NCBI GenBank assembly: GCA_964106645.2
Contig: OZ067039.1
Length of the DNA stretch: 64,000 nt
Source of the DNA: Podarcis pityusensis
Taxonomy: Eukaryota
Strand: one strand, 5' to 3'
Part shown: positions 37,071-48,491 of the stretch, one piece after another
Layout of the letters: each line of letters begins with the position of its first letter
How positions within the stretch are numbered: the first letter of the stretch is position 1
Translations under genes and position numbers: made by a program
Notes under the pieces: generated by a model
Told to the model about the DNA's origin: nothing
Databases searched by the model: none
The model's input: the letters and a program-made list of their open reading frames with translations, nothing else

Positions 37071-38036
37071 CTTGTTTGTTGACTTTCCAGTCCAAGCTGC
37101 AGTAGCCCACCGGCTGGTTCTCGTGCTACGCTACTCCTCTCCCACCCCCACAAACTCACACGCTGGTAAATAGGCACATGACCTTCTGGGAAGGATATTT
37201 CATGTCTTGACAAATCCCACCTGCTCACTTGGTTAAGAGAGACGACCGGGCAGGGGATTTGCAGAGCCAGTGCTTGCAAATGCAACGCAAGCGCAAAGGA
37301 TATTCTGCTTGGTCTCGGGGCATTGGGGAGCAGAGGAGGTAAGGCAGCAACTGTACACCCTCCATCCACTCTATCCCTTTTCATCGCTCCTGAGTTGCTG
37401 CTTATGAGGTGTGTGTACCATTGACTCTCCCCACCCCGCCATTGCAGAGTCCCCCATAGCAGCAAGGCAGCGAAGGAAACAGCTTGAAATAAGCTTTCCC
37501 GCATACATGCTGCGGGAGGACCACTGCAAAACAGCAGAGCATGTTGGGACAGGGGTGGCGCTCAGGCTCGCACGCAGGTTCGACCTGCCAGTGGCCCTGT
37601 GCCTTCTACAGCTGCTCCCCGCCCCCCCAGGGCAGGATTTATTTGCTGGTCCAGTGTCAGCATGCTGTCTTCTAGCGGCATTTCCCCCTCCATATTTAAA
37701 GTGCTCTGGGCAATATTTCAGGCGCACACTGACGGATTTATCAGAGGCGACATCTCGTTAACACCGCCACCCGCCAGGGAGGTGACATTCTCTCCTCAGC
37801 ATGTTTAATTTCTGCAGGTTAATGTTAGTGAGATCCCCGGGGAATGCTAATGAGACTGGTGTTGGGCTAGTCTGGTGGGGTGGCTGCATGCGTCCCTCCT
37901 GAGCTTGGTTAGCACCTGGGGTGCCCAGCTTCTTTGCTGAGAACCAGCCTCATGGCACAAGATGCCTCTTTTCCTGGTTGCCGGCACAGGCACCGCAGCC
38001 TTCGCAGTAACTTTTTGTCTCTCCTCTTTGCTCCAG

Positions 38037-38098
38037 GGGGGTTACGCAGCCTACAGATATGCCCAGCCGGCAGCGGCAGCAGCAGCTTACAGTGACAG
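38037..38098 (+). CDS. RBFOX3: RBFOX3 exon GGYAAYRYAQPAAAAAAYSD(S)
   Basis: tccag|GGG acceptor, CAG|gtaagc donor; 62 nt. Confidence 0.96.
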
Positions 38099-38388
38099 GT
38101 AAGCAGCCCTACCTGTTTATTAGTCCTGATCTTGCGGTTCATGGCCTGTTCCCCTGCCCAGTGTTATCAGCCAGCATCCTGACAACAAGGATGAGGAAGG
38201 GTGCCCCCACACTGTTCCCACCAGCACCACCAGTTTACGGGGTCTGGATAGGACACCCCAAGGAGTGAGGAAGGTGGGCTATCATTGCCTTCAGCAGGCC
38301 ATGTTCCCATCCTCTACAAACCCACTTCTGCATCTGTGAGGGCCATTGCTTGACCTGTCTGGATATGAAACTCCAGGGCTCAGCAGCG

Positions 38389-38530
38389 CATAGAATTGTT
38401 GGAAGGGTCCCTGAGGATCATCTAATCCAACCCTCTGCAATGCAGGAATATGCAGCTGTCTCATACGGGGATCAAACCTGCAACCTTGGCATTATCAGCA
38501 TCACACTTTAACCAGCTGAGCTATCCAGAC
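38389..38530 (-). mobile_element. tRNA-Ile-headed SINE with CR1-type tail
   Basis: Minus strand TAGCTCAGCTGGTTA..GCTGATAATGCCAAGGTTGCAGGTTTGATCCCCGTA plus TTCCTGCATTGCAG..CCCTTCCAAC..ATTCTATG. Confidence 0.78.
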
Positions 38531-38629
38531 TCAATCTGACCTGACCCCTGGCTCTTGTTATAACGTGCCTCCAATACCAGTTGTTCATGAGCATCTGCTT
38601 CATTCCTTTCACACCTATAGGAATCAATT

Positions 38630-38690
38630 ATTCTATTCTGTTCTGTTCTGTTCTGTTCTGTTCTGTTCTGTTCTGTTCTATTCTATTCTG
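38630..38690. repeat. (TTCTG)n/(TTCTA)n microsatellite
   Basis: Direct inspection. Confidence 0.9.
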
Positions 38691-41600
38691 GTGGACATGC
38701 CTAACTTCATATGGATATGGAGCAACTGTATGGAACATGACCAAGTTCTGTGGGGCCTGTTAGGTGGCCTTTCTTGCAGGGCAAAGCTCTGTGGTAACAA
38801 GGCAGCTGTATTTAACTCTTCACAGTCCCCTCGGTCTTCTAATATCCAAATTATGACAAAGGTGGCTGTGGTTATCTTACTGGAAAGCTGGAGGAAATAT
38901 TATTTATCTGGTTATTAATTCACACTGATTAACATTCCCCTCACCCCTTTACTACCTTTGTCTTTTAGTATCCTATTAGAAATGCGGTTGATTGTCATTT
39001 AATTAGTCTATCGGTGGAATATCAGGGAAACCGTTGAACGGTAACTACTTTTAGATCACTCCAACATGACATTCTTCCTCCATGGAAGCATGCAGATGAA
39101 AAACATGGAGACAGAATGGGGGGGGGGGGTACCCATCCACTTTTCCCAGGAAAGAGCTGCAAGCAACCTGTTAGATTTTTGCCAGGTCCTTCTCATGAGT
39201 CTCCTGGAAAATATAAATGGACTTTTAAATAAATTATGATATAAAGTTTTCCACATCTATTATTTCTCGACAAAGAGGAAAATGCATGTTTAGTTATTCT
39301 GCTTGGTTTAAAATGCCCACATTTTACTTAATGTATAGGCATTCTAATGGTTAGGGCACAATAGTTAGGGCAGGGGGAGGGGAAGCTGTGTGTCCCTACA
39401 GACATCGTTGGGCTCAAACTCCCACCAGCTCCAGCCAACTTGGCCAACGGCAATATCTAGAGGGAGGTTCCCCCACCCCTGGTTTAGAAGAATGGGCTCT
39501 GAGCTACAGTTCGGATCTCATTTAAGCCACAAGGGTGGTCTTAGGTGAATCCCAACACAATCTCAGCCCCCCATCTGCAGTAATGCTGGCCTACCTTACA
39601 GGGCTGTGTCAAGAATTACTGAGATGGTTTATCTATTTAAAAGTGTTTATATACCTCTGTATCATAAAGCTATATCACAGCAGTTTACAGCCACATGAAA
39701 GCAAAAAACCAAACAATAAAATCATCAAAAGTTAACTTTAAAATAAAAAACTAACATCAACAAAGCACAACAGGTGTACTCTTAATTGCCTGCATAGGCC
39801 TGGCAGAACAGAAAAGTTTTCAGCAGGCATTTAAAAGTTGTCACCGAAGAGGCCTGCTGAATCTCTGTTGGCAGCGTGTTCCATAGGACTGGGCTGTTGA
39901 CACTGAAGGCTTCTCATTGTTGTCAAACAAGCCTCACCAACTCGGGGAACAACCAAAGACACTCCTGCATGTGATCTCAGTGATCCCTGAGGTGTCCTGG
40001 ACCCATGTCACTCAGGACTTTGTAAGTCAATCCATGAACCTTGAACCTGGCTTGGTTAGCAGGTGTGCAGCTGTTTTAACAATGCTGTGACATGTTCTAG
40101 AATCATGGAATTGTAGAGTTGGGAAGGACCCTGACCAGAAGCCCCCATCCACAATCTGCCTACCACAAGCCTCCAGTCCAGACCCAAGGGCAGCCCCACT
40201 TAGAGCCCATTGCAGTATTCAAACCTCCAAGTTATCATTATGCACACAAAGTAATTTGAACTATAAATAATAAGCATTCTTAAAATCCCCTGAGTTTTTG
40301 CTGCTTTAAGACTTCAGCTATTGAATATCAGTCTTGCAACTCCATTCTCCTTTTGGAAATATTAGTCTAAGAACCCCTGGAATTAAGCTCTTTGTTCCTT
40401 CTCTTCCTCACATACAAAATCCTCTTATAATTTCTTCCTCTTGGTTCATATGATCCATTATTGCCAAAGGATCTGCTCCAGTCCCTGTTCCCCATCCTCC
40501 TGCACCCTTTCCTGTTTTCCAGAGGCAGCCAGGAAACTATTCAGCCTCCATTTCCTGTGTGCCAAACACAACCAGTTCTTTTCATCTCGATCCCCTTTTC
40601 CATCTGGTTGCCACACTGTAATTCACTCCGATTCCTCCTCCATCTCCTTTTTCTAATAAGCACAGATGCACAGCATCACAGACTTAATGTTCACCATCTA
40701 GGACAACATCTAGCCAGGGAACCTTTTCTAGCCCAGGGAGTGTTCAGAGGACCATTTTGCCCTGAGGTTCCCCACTCCTCATCTAGGATAAGTGTGGGAA
40801 ACCTTTGGCCCTCTGGATCTTGCTGAGCCACAGCTCCCATCAACCCCAGCGAGCATGGCCAGCGGCCAGGATGATTGGAACTCAGTGTTCAGCAACATCT
40901 GACAGGTCAAAGGTTCCCCCACAGCTGATCTAGGAGCTGGCCAGATTTTTAAGGAGCCCAAGTTGTGGTGCCTCTCCCTAGCTAGCCTCCCTCCTCCTTC
41001 CCTCCCTGGGCTGCCAATGCCTTTGTTCTCTCAAGTCTGAGGAAGGGGCAGGCACTTGTTTCATTCTTCCCACACCCATCACTTCTGGCCAAGTTCCAGG
41101 CCCATGCTTCTTTCTTGCACACCTCGCTGCCCCCCACCCTGCAATTGCCACTTTGCAGCAGAGAAGGAATGCCCAGGGGACTGGAAACACAACTTGGGCA
41201 TGTAATGTGTCATTCTGGCCAGAGACCTGGGAGTTGTGCTGCCAGTGAGAGCAGGAGATACTCTGCAAGGTGGAACCAGAGCAGCAGTCCATGCCAGGGC
41301 AGCTCTTTCAGTTCGCAACATGCCCACTGCTATCTGTGACAAGGCAGCACAGGTGATGGGCAAGAGCTGGGCTTGAGCAGGTGCTCCCGAATGCACATCT
41401 CGCAACCTATTTTAATGTGTGTTTCTTTTATGCTCTCTCAGTTCTTTTCAGGTTTTGCGTATTTTCCCCTGCACTCTGGTGCCAAGCACAGAATTTCCCT
41501 TATTTGCAACACTTTTCCAGTGGCCAGCCCTTGGTTGCTAGTAACGACTTCCTTCCTTTAGACCTTCTGAAGATGTTCAGGGGGAATTTTATCCTGGCTT

Positions 41601-41905
41601 AAGGAACCAGAGTGGTGGGAATGAAGATGCAGTTTGCACATGGCTCACAAATCTTGGCGTATTCTAAGGGTGTCCAAAGTTTGAAGTGCTCTGTGTGTGT
41701 GTATGGAGAAGATCAAAAGCTCTGTGGTGGGCTAACAACTCAGAAAATAATCCTGCTATTTCTGTTGAGGTGTATTAGAACTTTAAAAAAAAACCACAAA
41801 ACTATGTATGACATCCAGGGCCTGATTCATGATTTTCTTAACATTTAGGGTTGGCAACTCTGCGACCCCCCAGTTTCTAACGCTGCCCCCTGTGTTCGCT
41901 CCTAG

Positions 41906-41984
41906 TTATGGCCGAGTTTATGCAGCTGCAGATCCTTACCACCACACCATCGGCCCTGCTGCCACCTACAGCATTGGCACTATG
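41906..41984 (+). CDS. RBFOX3: RBFOX3 exon YGRVYAAADPYHHTIGPAATYSIGTM
   Basis: cctag|TTAT acceptor, ATG|gtaaga donor; 79 nt. Confidence 0.96.
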
Positions 41985-43128
41985 GTAAGAACCCTCCCTC
42001 CCACCTATTTGCGCGTGGGGCTGTCTGGGAAGCATGCCGCCTTGGGGCTGGGCTGGCCACTTAGGGTAAAAAGAGAGGGGTGTTGGGAAACATCCAAATT
42101 CACCCCTCGGTTGCAGCCGCCTCCTCAGCACCGTGCAGGGAAAGGAAGCCTAAGGAGGAGAATCCCAAGAGTGGGGAGGGAAGGACAGAAACACACAACA
42201 CACACAGGGCCTGGTGCAGACCCGCCTGCTTTCGTGGCCACTAGGAAGGACATACACAGGCCTGCTGCGACATTCTTGGCTGTCACCAGGCTTCCTCCTA
42301 TTTAGCCTGCCTTGATGCACTGCTCTGTAGGGAAAGCGGTCCAGAGCGGGCAGCATCTTGTCCAAGTGGAAGTGGCCGTTTGCTCAGGAACCATTTCTGA
42401 AGGAGCAGCTAACTCTTAGACAGAGAACTGGAGCAGGGCAGAGGGTGGGGTTGGTTGCACAAGCACACAGCCCAACGCTACTCCCGATCTCACACACACT
42501 GCCGCACCCATTTCTTGCAGTGACGCCTCCTTGCAATCAGCTTTCACATACAGCATCAAAGAGGAGAAACATCCAAGCCACCCTGCTTTACTAACCTTCC
42601 CCACCCAAGCCACTAGCCCACCCCACGGTGTCAGTGCCTTCCCAGCGATAAAACAAGGAACGAATGGCCTTTGCAGCCATCTCGTGGGCTTAAGGAATTG
42701 GGTTCAGTTCTTTTGGGTGTCGGGGGGGGGGGGAGAGGCAGGGCGGAAGATCCTGGGCTGGCTGAAGGGGACTGAGGCTTGAGTGCAATCCATCTCTCTC
42801 CCCTTACTACTGAAATGGTCCATAGGAAACAGCTAAGTTCCAGCTTCGAAAGCTCTGCTTTCCTTTATTTTATTTTTTTTTAAATGTACCTCAGCCTTAT
42901 CCATCCATTATCCTCTGGACTTCTTGTGAGCCCAGGCCCACAGCAGCATTGCATGCTGGGAGTTGAGTCCAACCACCACCACCACCACTTCGTCCCCACC
43001 ACAAAGCAAGGCCTCTGCCAGCCTTGGGTGTCCCAAGGGACCCCCGTCTTGGCTGAAATAACAGGGCAGGGATGGGCTGTGCCTCTCCTTTATACTGATT
43101 GGCTTTTTCTCCGTCTTTGATGTTGCAG

Positions 43129-43173
43129 GCTAGTCTATACCGAGGAGGGTACAGCCGCTTCACTCCCTACTAG
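43129..43173 (+). CDS. RBFOX3: RBFOX3 last coding segment ASLYRGGYSRFTPY* (PY-type NLS)
   Basis: ttgcag|GCT acceptor; TAG at 43171-43173; family-conserved C-terminus. Confidence 0.95.
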   Translation, partial: ASLYRGGYSRFTPY

Positions 43174-44294
43174 CAAGACAGACCCAGCCCCTCCTCACAA
43201 TAGTAACACTGACTGCTCCTTAGAAATCAAACCAAAATCAAATGGACATGGGCCCCCGCCCCACGCTGCTGGCCCTCGGCAGCCTAAACCACATATTTCT
43301 TTACCTCAAGCCGCCTCTCATGCCTCACATCCCACCTGTCTCTGATGGTGTGCCGCCAAGTTTGTTTTTATTTTGCAAAGCTACCAGCTGGGGGGGAGGG
43401 TTGGGACAGGCGCCTGCTTCCGCCAGACCAAACAAAACCAAACACCACCAGCAAGCAGAACCTCACGGAGAGCCTCCCTAGAGCCCACCCTGCTCCCAAG
43501 CTTTCCTGCCACAAGCCCCGGGGCCATGTGGCGCTCGAGATAGGCCCCCAGTCAGGCCCCCTGCATTGTGCCGGGTGTTCAGGTCCTTGCACAGGGGAGG
43601 GAGGGTGCAGTTAAAAGAACTCAGGATGTTATCCCTCTCGGATGCAAACTGCCCACGCTCCTCACTCACACACACGCAAGGACCAGGTGGGCAGGGCCCC
43701 AGGCTGCTCCAGAATCCCAGCAGGTGCAGGCTGCAGTCCCAACCCACCTTGCGCTGCTTAGATGCACTCAGCCTCCAAGCAACAGCAGGGAGAATTTTGC
43801 TTCCTCTGCCTGCAGGAACTGGAAGCTGCCCCCTTGCAGAGGAATGATGCGATGGGGGAGGTGGAGGATAGCTTTCCAAGCACGCAGCAAGAGTGAGAGC
43901 GGGTGGGGGAAGAGGGGACCCTGCAAGGAGCCCCTGCTCTGTAGGCTTATCAAACCACATGCCTAGCAATGTGAAGGAGCTGGTTGGGACCAGCCTCCTG
44001 GTGGGCTGAATGATCCCAGCTCCTTTGTTTGTATGGGGAGCAGCCGTTCCATGTAGGAGGTGGGCAGCGCTCTGTGTGAGCAGGTCTGGCACATACATCT
44101 GTACAGAAAGGGGGCAGGGGAGGGGAGGGCACTTATGCAGACATAGGAGGCGGGGCGGGTGCTGGGTGCTGGGAACTGAGTCCCAGGGTCCCACTTCCCA
44201 GCTCTACCATACCCAGACCAGCACACCCCCAGAGAGCAGAAAGCCCTTCCCCGACACCAAGTCTTCCCCGCCTGCCACCTGCAGGTTGCTCCAT

Positions 44295-44327
44295 GGAACG
44301 TTCTGCCTTTGTTTTCTGTTGTAGTGA
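44295..44327 (+). promoter_or_regulatory. RBFOX3: Alternative distal 3' splice site of the RBFOX3 last exon; exon starts with TGA at 44325
   Basis: ttctgcctttgttttctgttgtag|TGAAACCTTC. A strong pyrimidine tract is followed at once by an in-frame stop after ...SIGTM, resembling the recalled mammalian short C-terminus isoform. Confidence 0.75.
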
Positions 44328-45707
44328 AACCTTCAGCTGTTTCCTTCTGGGACCAGGAAGGGCACAAAAAAAATTTTTTTTTTTAAGCAAAGCAACAAAA
44401 CAGTTACAAAACTTAACGAGCCAACAAAACAGTTACAAAACTAACAAGCCAAGCGACAGGCCATCCGGACGGAGCTCAAGCACCGGCCGACCGACCAACC
44501 CACCGACCGGGACGGATGGACGGCAGCCGCCCACAGACTCTGCAAAGCCGTCCGCACACCGGGAGACCCGTGCCCTGCTCCCCCCACACCCCGCTGCAGA
44601 CCCACGGGGCCAGGGACAGGCACTGACACAGACTGGATTCCGCAGGCCCTCCCAGGCCACCACGTCTTCCTTCCAGCCCTCCTGAAGAAGAAGAAGAAGA
44701 AGAGCTGTGGGCGTCCCCTAACCACAGAACACGCCACGAGCGCTCCTGCAGGGCTAGCAATCCTGCTTCTCGCTTCCCAGAACCTCCCAATGCTTTTTGT
44801 GCTTTGCTGGTTCATCCATTTGTCAAGTTGGCAAGACCTCGGGATGCCCAGGCAGGGCCAGGCCAGGGACTTTCTGGGCACAGCCACCTTGTTTCTGTGG
44901 GTGGGAATTCTCGGGTTTTAGAGGGGTGTTGTTGTTTTTTTTCCTTTGAAGAGATTGCACTTTCCCCCCTTCCCCCGAGAACCCAGCTCCCACCAGCCCC
45001 AGAGGGGGTCAGAAGCTGCACCCTGTTTACCTTCCTTGCAGTAGGCCTGGCTGCTCTCACTGTGGCTTCACAGAGCTGAGATCATCCGAGGCGATCCCCG
45101 CCTTGCCCGTGGTCTCCAGATCTACCAAGAACCCCCAACCCCTATCCTCAAAGGGCCAACGGTTGCCACCACACACACACACCACCACCACGGGACAAGC
45201 ACGCCCTTACAACTGCGTGGCCAAGCCCGTGGGAGGCCACAGCCCCATGGTGGTGTCAGGGAGTGAGGCAGGGCTGTGCACCAAGGGCTGTGCACAAACT
45301 GAGCAAATACCTGCTGGCGCCAGTGGGCACAGTCTCTCCCATCGGTTTCTTCCGTGCCCATGGCCCATAGTGGGAGGGGTGCATGTCCTACGGCCCGCTC
45401 CCCACACCCTGCCACCTGCTCCCAGAGTCAGATGGACTCTGGTCCTTCCCCATGCTGACCCTGAACTCCCCCCCCCCCCTTGGCTTATTCATCTCATGAA
45501 ACCTCACTTTCTACTCAGCATTAAAGCTCCTGACACGCCAGCAACCAGATGATCCTCCTTTTCTATTCCCGTTGTATATAGCCCCTTCCTTTGCCACTCC
45601 CTCCCCCTTGTATAAAGCTCCTCCCATTTGCTGCCCTGTCTCCCACCCTGGGAGCATCAGCCCGCCCACCCACCCCATTCTGTACGCTTCAAAGGTGTGA
45701 CCATTCA

Positions 45708-45714
45708 AATAAAC

Positions 45715-45758
<44 letters not shown>

Positions 45759-45803
45759 TATTATTATTATTTATTGATTATTATTATTAAGATTATTAAT
45801 AAA
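45708..45803 (+). terminator. RBFOX3 polyadenylation signals
   Basis: AATAAA at 45708-45713 and 45798-45803, flanking a (TAT)n tract, followed by T-rich sequence. Confidence 0.7.
45717..45790. repeat. (TAT)n microsatellite
   Basis: Direct inspection. Confidence 0.95.
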
Positions 45804-47221
45804 GGTTTCTTTCTTCAACCAGGATGGCTCAAGCTTTTGACTTGGGGGTGGGGGGAAAGAGAGGGGGGCAGTGAATAGCACAAGCAGGAAGAAGCATGAG
45901 AGGAGGAGGCATGAGTTGAGCCATGGGTCAGCGGTATTCCGATTGCAGATCACTACAGGAGCGATGGGAAATGCACTGCTCAGCTGGACTCCCAACATCA
46001 GCCACAGCCAGCCAGGGATCAAATGGTCATGGAAGATGGGATTTTGAGTCTAGTGACCTCTACAGACCATGTTGACTTAAGAGAAAGCAAGGTCTGAGGT
46101 ATTCTCTGCTGCTGATCAGGGGCTCCATAAATCTCCTTTGCGTTTGCTACCTGCTAGTCTGCAAACATGCAGGCGGGCGGGGGCAGAGCTATTTAAGCAC
46201 CTGGAAGGCTATATGGCTGATGAGTTGCATCTTCTTGGTGGAGCACAATGTTTCTCCATATATGTGCCAGATCCATTACAGAGTCCTGACAGCCTTTGCA
46301 GCATCACACAGCCATGAATGTTCCATGCAGGTAAATTGTGTGGAACTGTTTTTTGTTTGTTTGTGTGACCCACTGCTAGTAAATATATCCAGCAGTTCTG
46401 TAGCTCTGTCTGTCCAGCTACACACACCCACACCCTTGTCATTTGCCATGTATAAGGATTAACACAAATTCTGCATTCACTTTTCTCTCCACACCTTAAT
46501 GTGTTGCTTCTGATGCTTTTCCACTGCAATTCTATCTTCACACGGAATTAGAAGTGGGTGATGATAACAGCAGGCAGTTTTCAAGGCAGTCACGCAAAGT
46601 GGATTTGCACAGGAGGAACACCTCATCATGCATTAAGTTTCTTAATGTGGTTCTACTACATGTGACCCTCCTGATGTTGCTGGACTACAACTCCCATCAT
46701 CCTTTGGCCTTCGACCAGGCTGGCTGGAGCTAATGGGCTTCCAATAACATCCAGAGAGCCACAGATTCCCCACCCCTGCTCTTCTACACAAAGTGAGGAA
46801 ATAGAAGGCCAGCAAACAGGGAAGCATGAGCAGATAATGAAGAGTTTATTGGCTGCCTGTGAAAGGCATGATAGGAAGCAGGGCAATACTCGTGTTAATG
46901 CTGGGAGACCAGGATTTCTCAAACACCCCATTACAGCGCTGGCTGAAGGAGGAAATTTCATTATTAAAGCAACGGACTGGGTTAGACAGTTTTCAAAATG
47001 CCAAGCTTGTTGCTCTTGCTGCAGTCGTGCCCACCTGAGCAGCATTGGCAGTGCAAATGTTGCTGAACATGGGGACAAGGCCTGTGCAGCACAGAAGCTG
47101 AGGTCCCTGTGCACATCACGCTTGGTCAAACTCCATGCCGCTAATTGCCTGCATGCTGGACTGCAAGGGAATTCTCTTGCTTGGCTCTGCATCAGAAATT
47201 TGGAGATGGGGGCAGAGAAAG

Positions 47222-47223
<2 letters not shown>

Positions 47224-47261
<38 letters not shown>
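47224..47261. repeat. (GT)n(GC)n alternating purine-pyrimidine tract
   Basis: Direct inspection. Confidence 0.9.
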
Positions 47262-47262
<1 letters not shown>

Positions 47263-48474
47263 TATGAGAGAGGGAGTGGGAATGGAAGCGAGGTGACGGG
47301 GCTGTCAGTCTGCTACACAGCAGGCAGTAGCCCAGCCCTGGGGAAGGCCTACAGGAGATTGCTTGACTTTATGCAGACAGGAGGCAGGGGTGGCCTGAAA
47401 CAAGGATGTTTGCAAATGCAGAAATGCCCATTAGCTCTCACACCTCCACATTCTTCTCTCTCCGCCCCAAAACCACCACTGGCCAAACCTTGTGGAGACC
47501 TTGTGGACCTCTCCAGGAAACACTTGCTCGCTGTGCTGGCCGAAGGACTGGTCCCTTTAGCCCTGGGTTGTTGCTGTTGTGCCTGTCTTCTCTTTCTCTC
47601 TCACCCCACCTCCCCACCTTTATCACTAAGACATCAGGTAGTCCCCTGCTGTAAAGCCTAAGTTTCCTAACCCAGTGCAGAGTGCAGCAACACCTCCAGA
47701 GCTTGTCTCTCACTGCATATGACAGGTTCTTTCTGAAGCAAGTATTGGCAAAGTTGCAAAGGTACTGGAATAGATCTGTTCAGGATTCTGGAATGGGAAT
47801 AACTTGGTTATCTTTAATTCATTTTGGGAGCTTAGGGCTCAGTGACACCCTGCTCTATCTCGCAAAGTCCTGAAGACACCAGCAGCAGCCAAGCATAAAG
47901 CTCTGCTGCCATCCTGTGGACTTTGTTGATCACTGCCATGTCCCCTTTTTCAGTCTCAGGCCAAGGCCCTGTCCACACTATCACATTTCTGCTTAATATG
48001 TATTTTGCCTCTGCTCACAACCCATTCTCTCCTCGGTTTGTGGTGTACCTGAATGCAATGTGGAAATCTCCAATTAATCACAGTCCAAACTCAAACTAGA
48101 GTTACCAGCTTCAGGAAAAGCTAGGATCGTAATACCAACTTTGTATGATGAAGCCTGTAATCACTGAAGCCGATAACCACTGTTTACTATGTCACCCAGC
48201 TTGAAAGGGGAAACTGGTTAATTGGAGACTTCTCTGTATTGTTTACATGAAGGGAGGAGAAATGGATTTGCTCATATTTTTTTAAAAAGCTATTATCATG
48301 TGAATGTTCTTGTCTGACCATAGGAGTGCTAGCCCACTTTTGTCTTCCCTAAATGTGAATTCAAAATGCCTCAAACAAAACATTGAGTGGTTTTTGTTTG
48401 ACGTTCTGATTGGTATGCTTGTTCTAACTACTACCTCAATTGTATCTAGTAAAAGAGAAAGAGAAGATGAGACA

Positions 48475-48491
48475 TTTATTGTGAATTTATT
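48475..48491 (-). terminator. Candidate ENGASE poly(A) signals
   Basis: Two minus-strand AATAAA (TTTATT at 48475-48480 and 48486-48491) ~1.7 kb past the stop; another candidate at 49247-49252. Confidence 0.4.

Larger units (their letters stand above)
28107..45803 (+). other. RBFOX3: RBFOX3 (NeuN) gene body: coding exons plus 3' UTR; upstream 5' exons not identified in window
   Basis: Eleven GT-AG exons join in phase into MAQPYPPA...RRM ([17 protein letters not shown])...YGRVYAAADPY...RFTPY. MAQPYPP, QQPKRL and YSIGTM point to RBFOX3 rather than RBFOX1/2. The convergent ENGASE neighbour matches known synteny. Confidence 0.96.

Noticed and set aside
42124-42140. REST/RE1-like TCAGCACC
   Set aside because: Left half-site only; the GGACAG half is missing.
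43478-44194. 238-aa minus-strand ORF and other ORFs at 43200-45550
   Set aside because: They lie in the GC-rich RBFOX3 3' UTR, where stop-poor frames are expected; no motifs.
45591-45878. ORF with a poly-tyrosine run
   Set aside because: Translation of the (TAT)n microsatellite.
47224-47261. Z-DNA-prone (GT)n(GC)n tract as a regulatory element
   Set aside because: Common microsatellite with no promoter context to support a function.
46837-47661. 274-aa + strand ORF in the intergenic region
   Set aside because: No recognisable homology, runs through a (GT)n microsatellite, no splice context; likely chance.
48370-48445. Possible let-7 microRNA gene on the minus strand
   Set aside because: Only nt 1-13 match, and no complementary star arm or hairpin follows.
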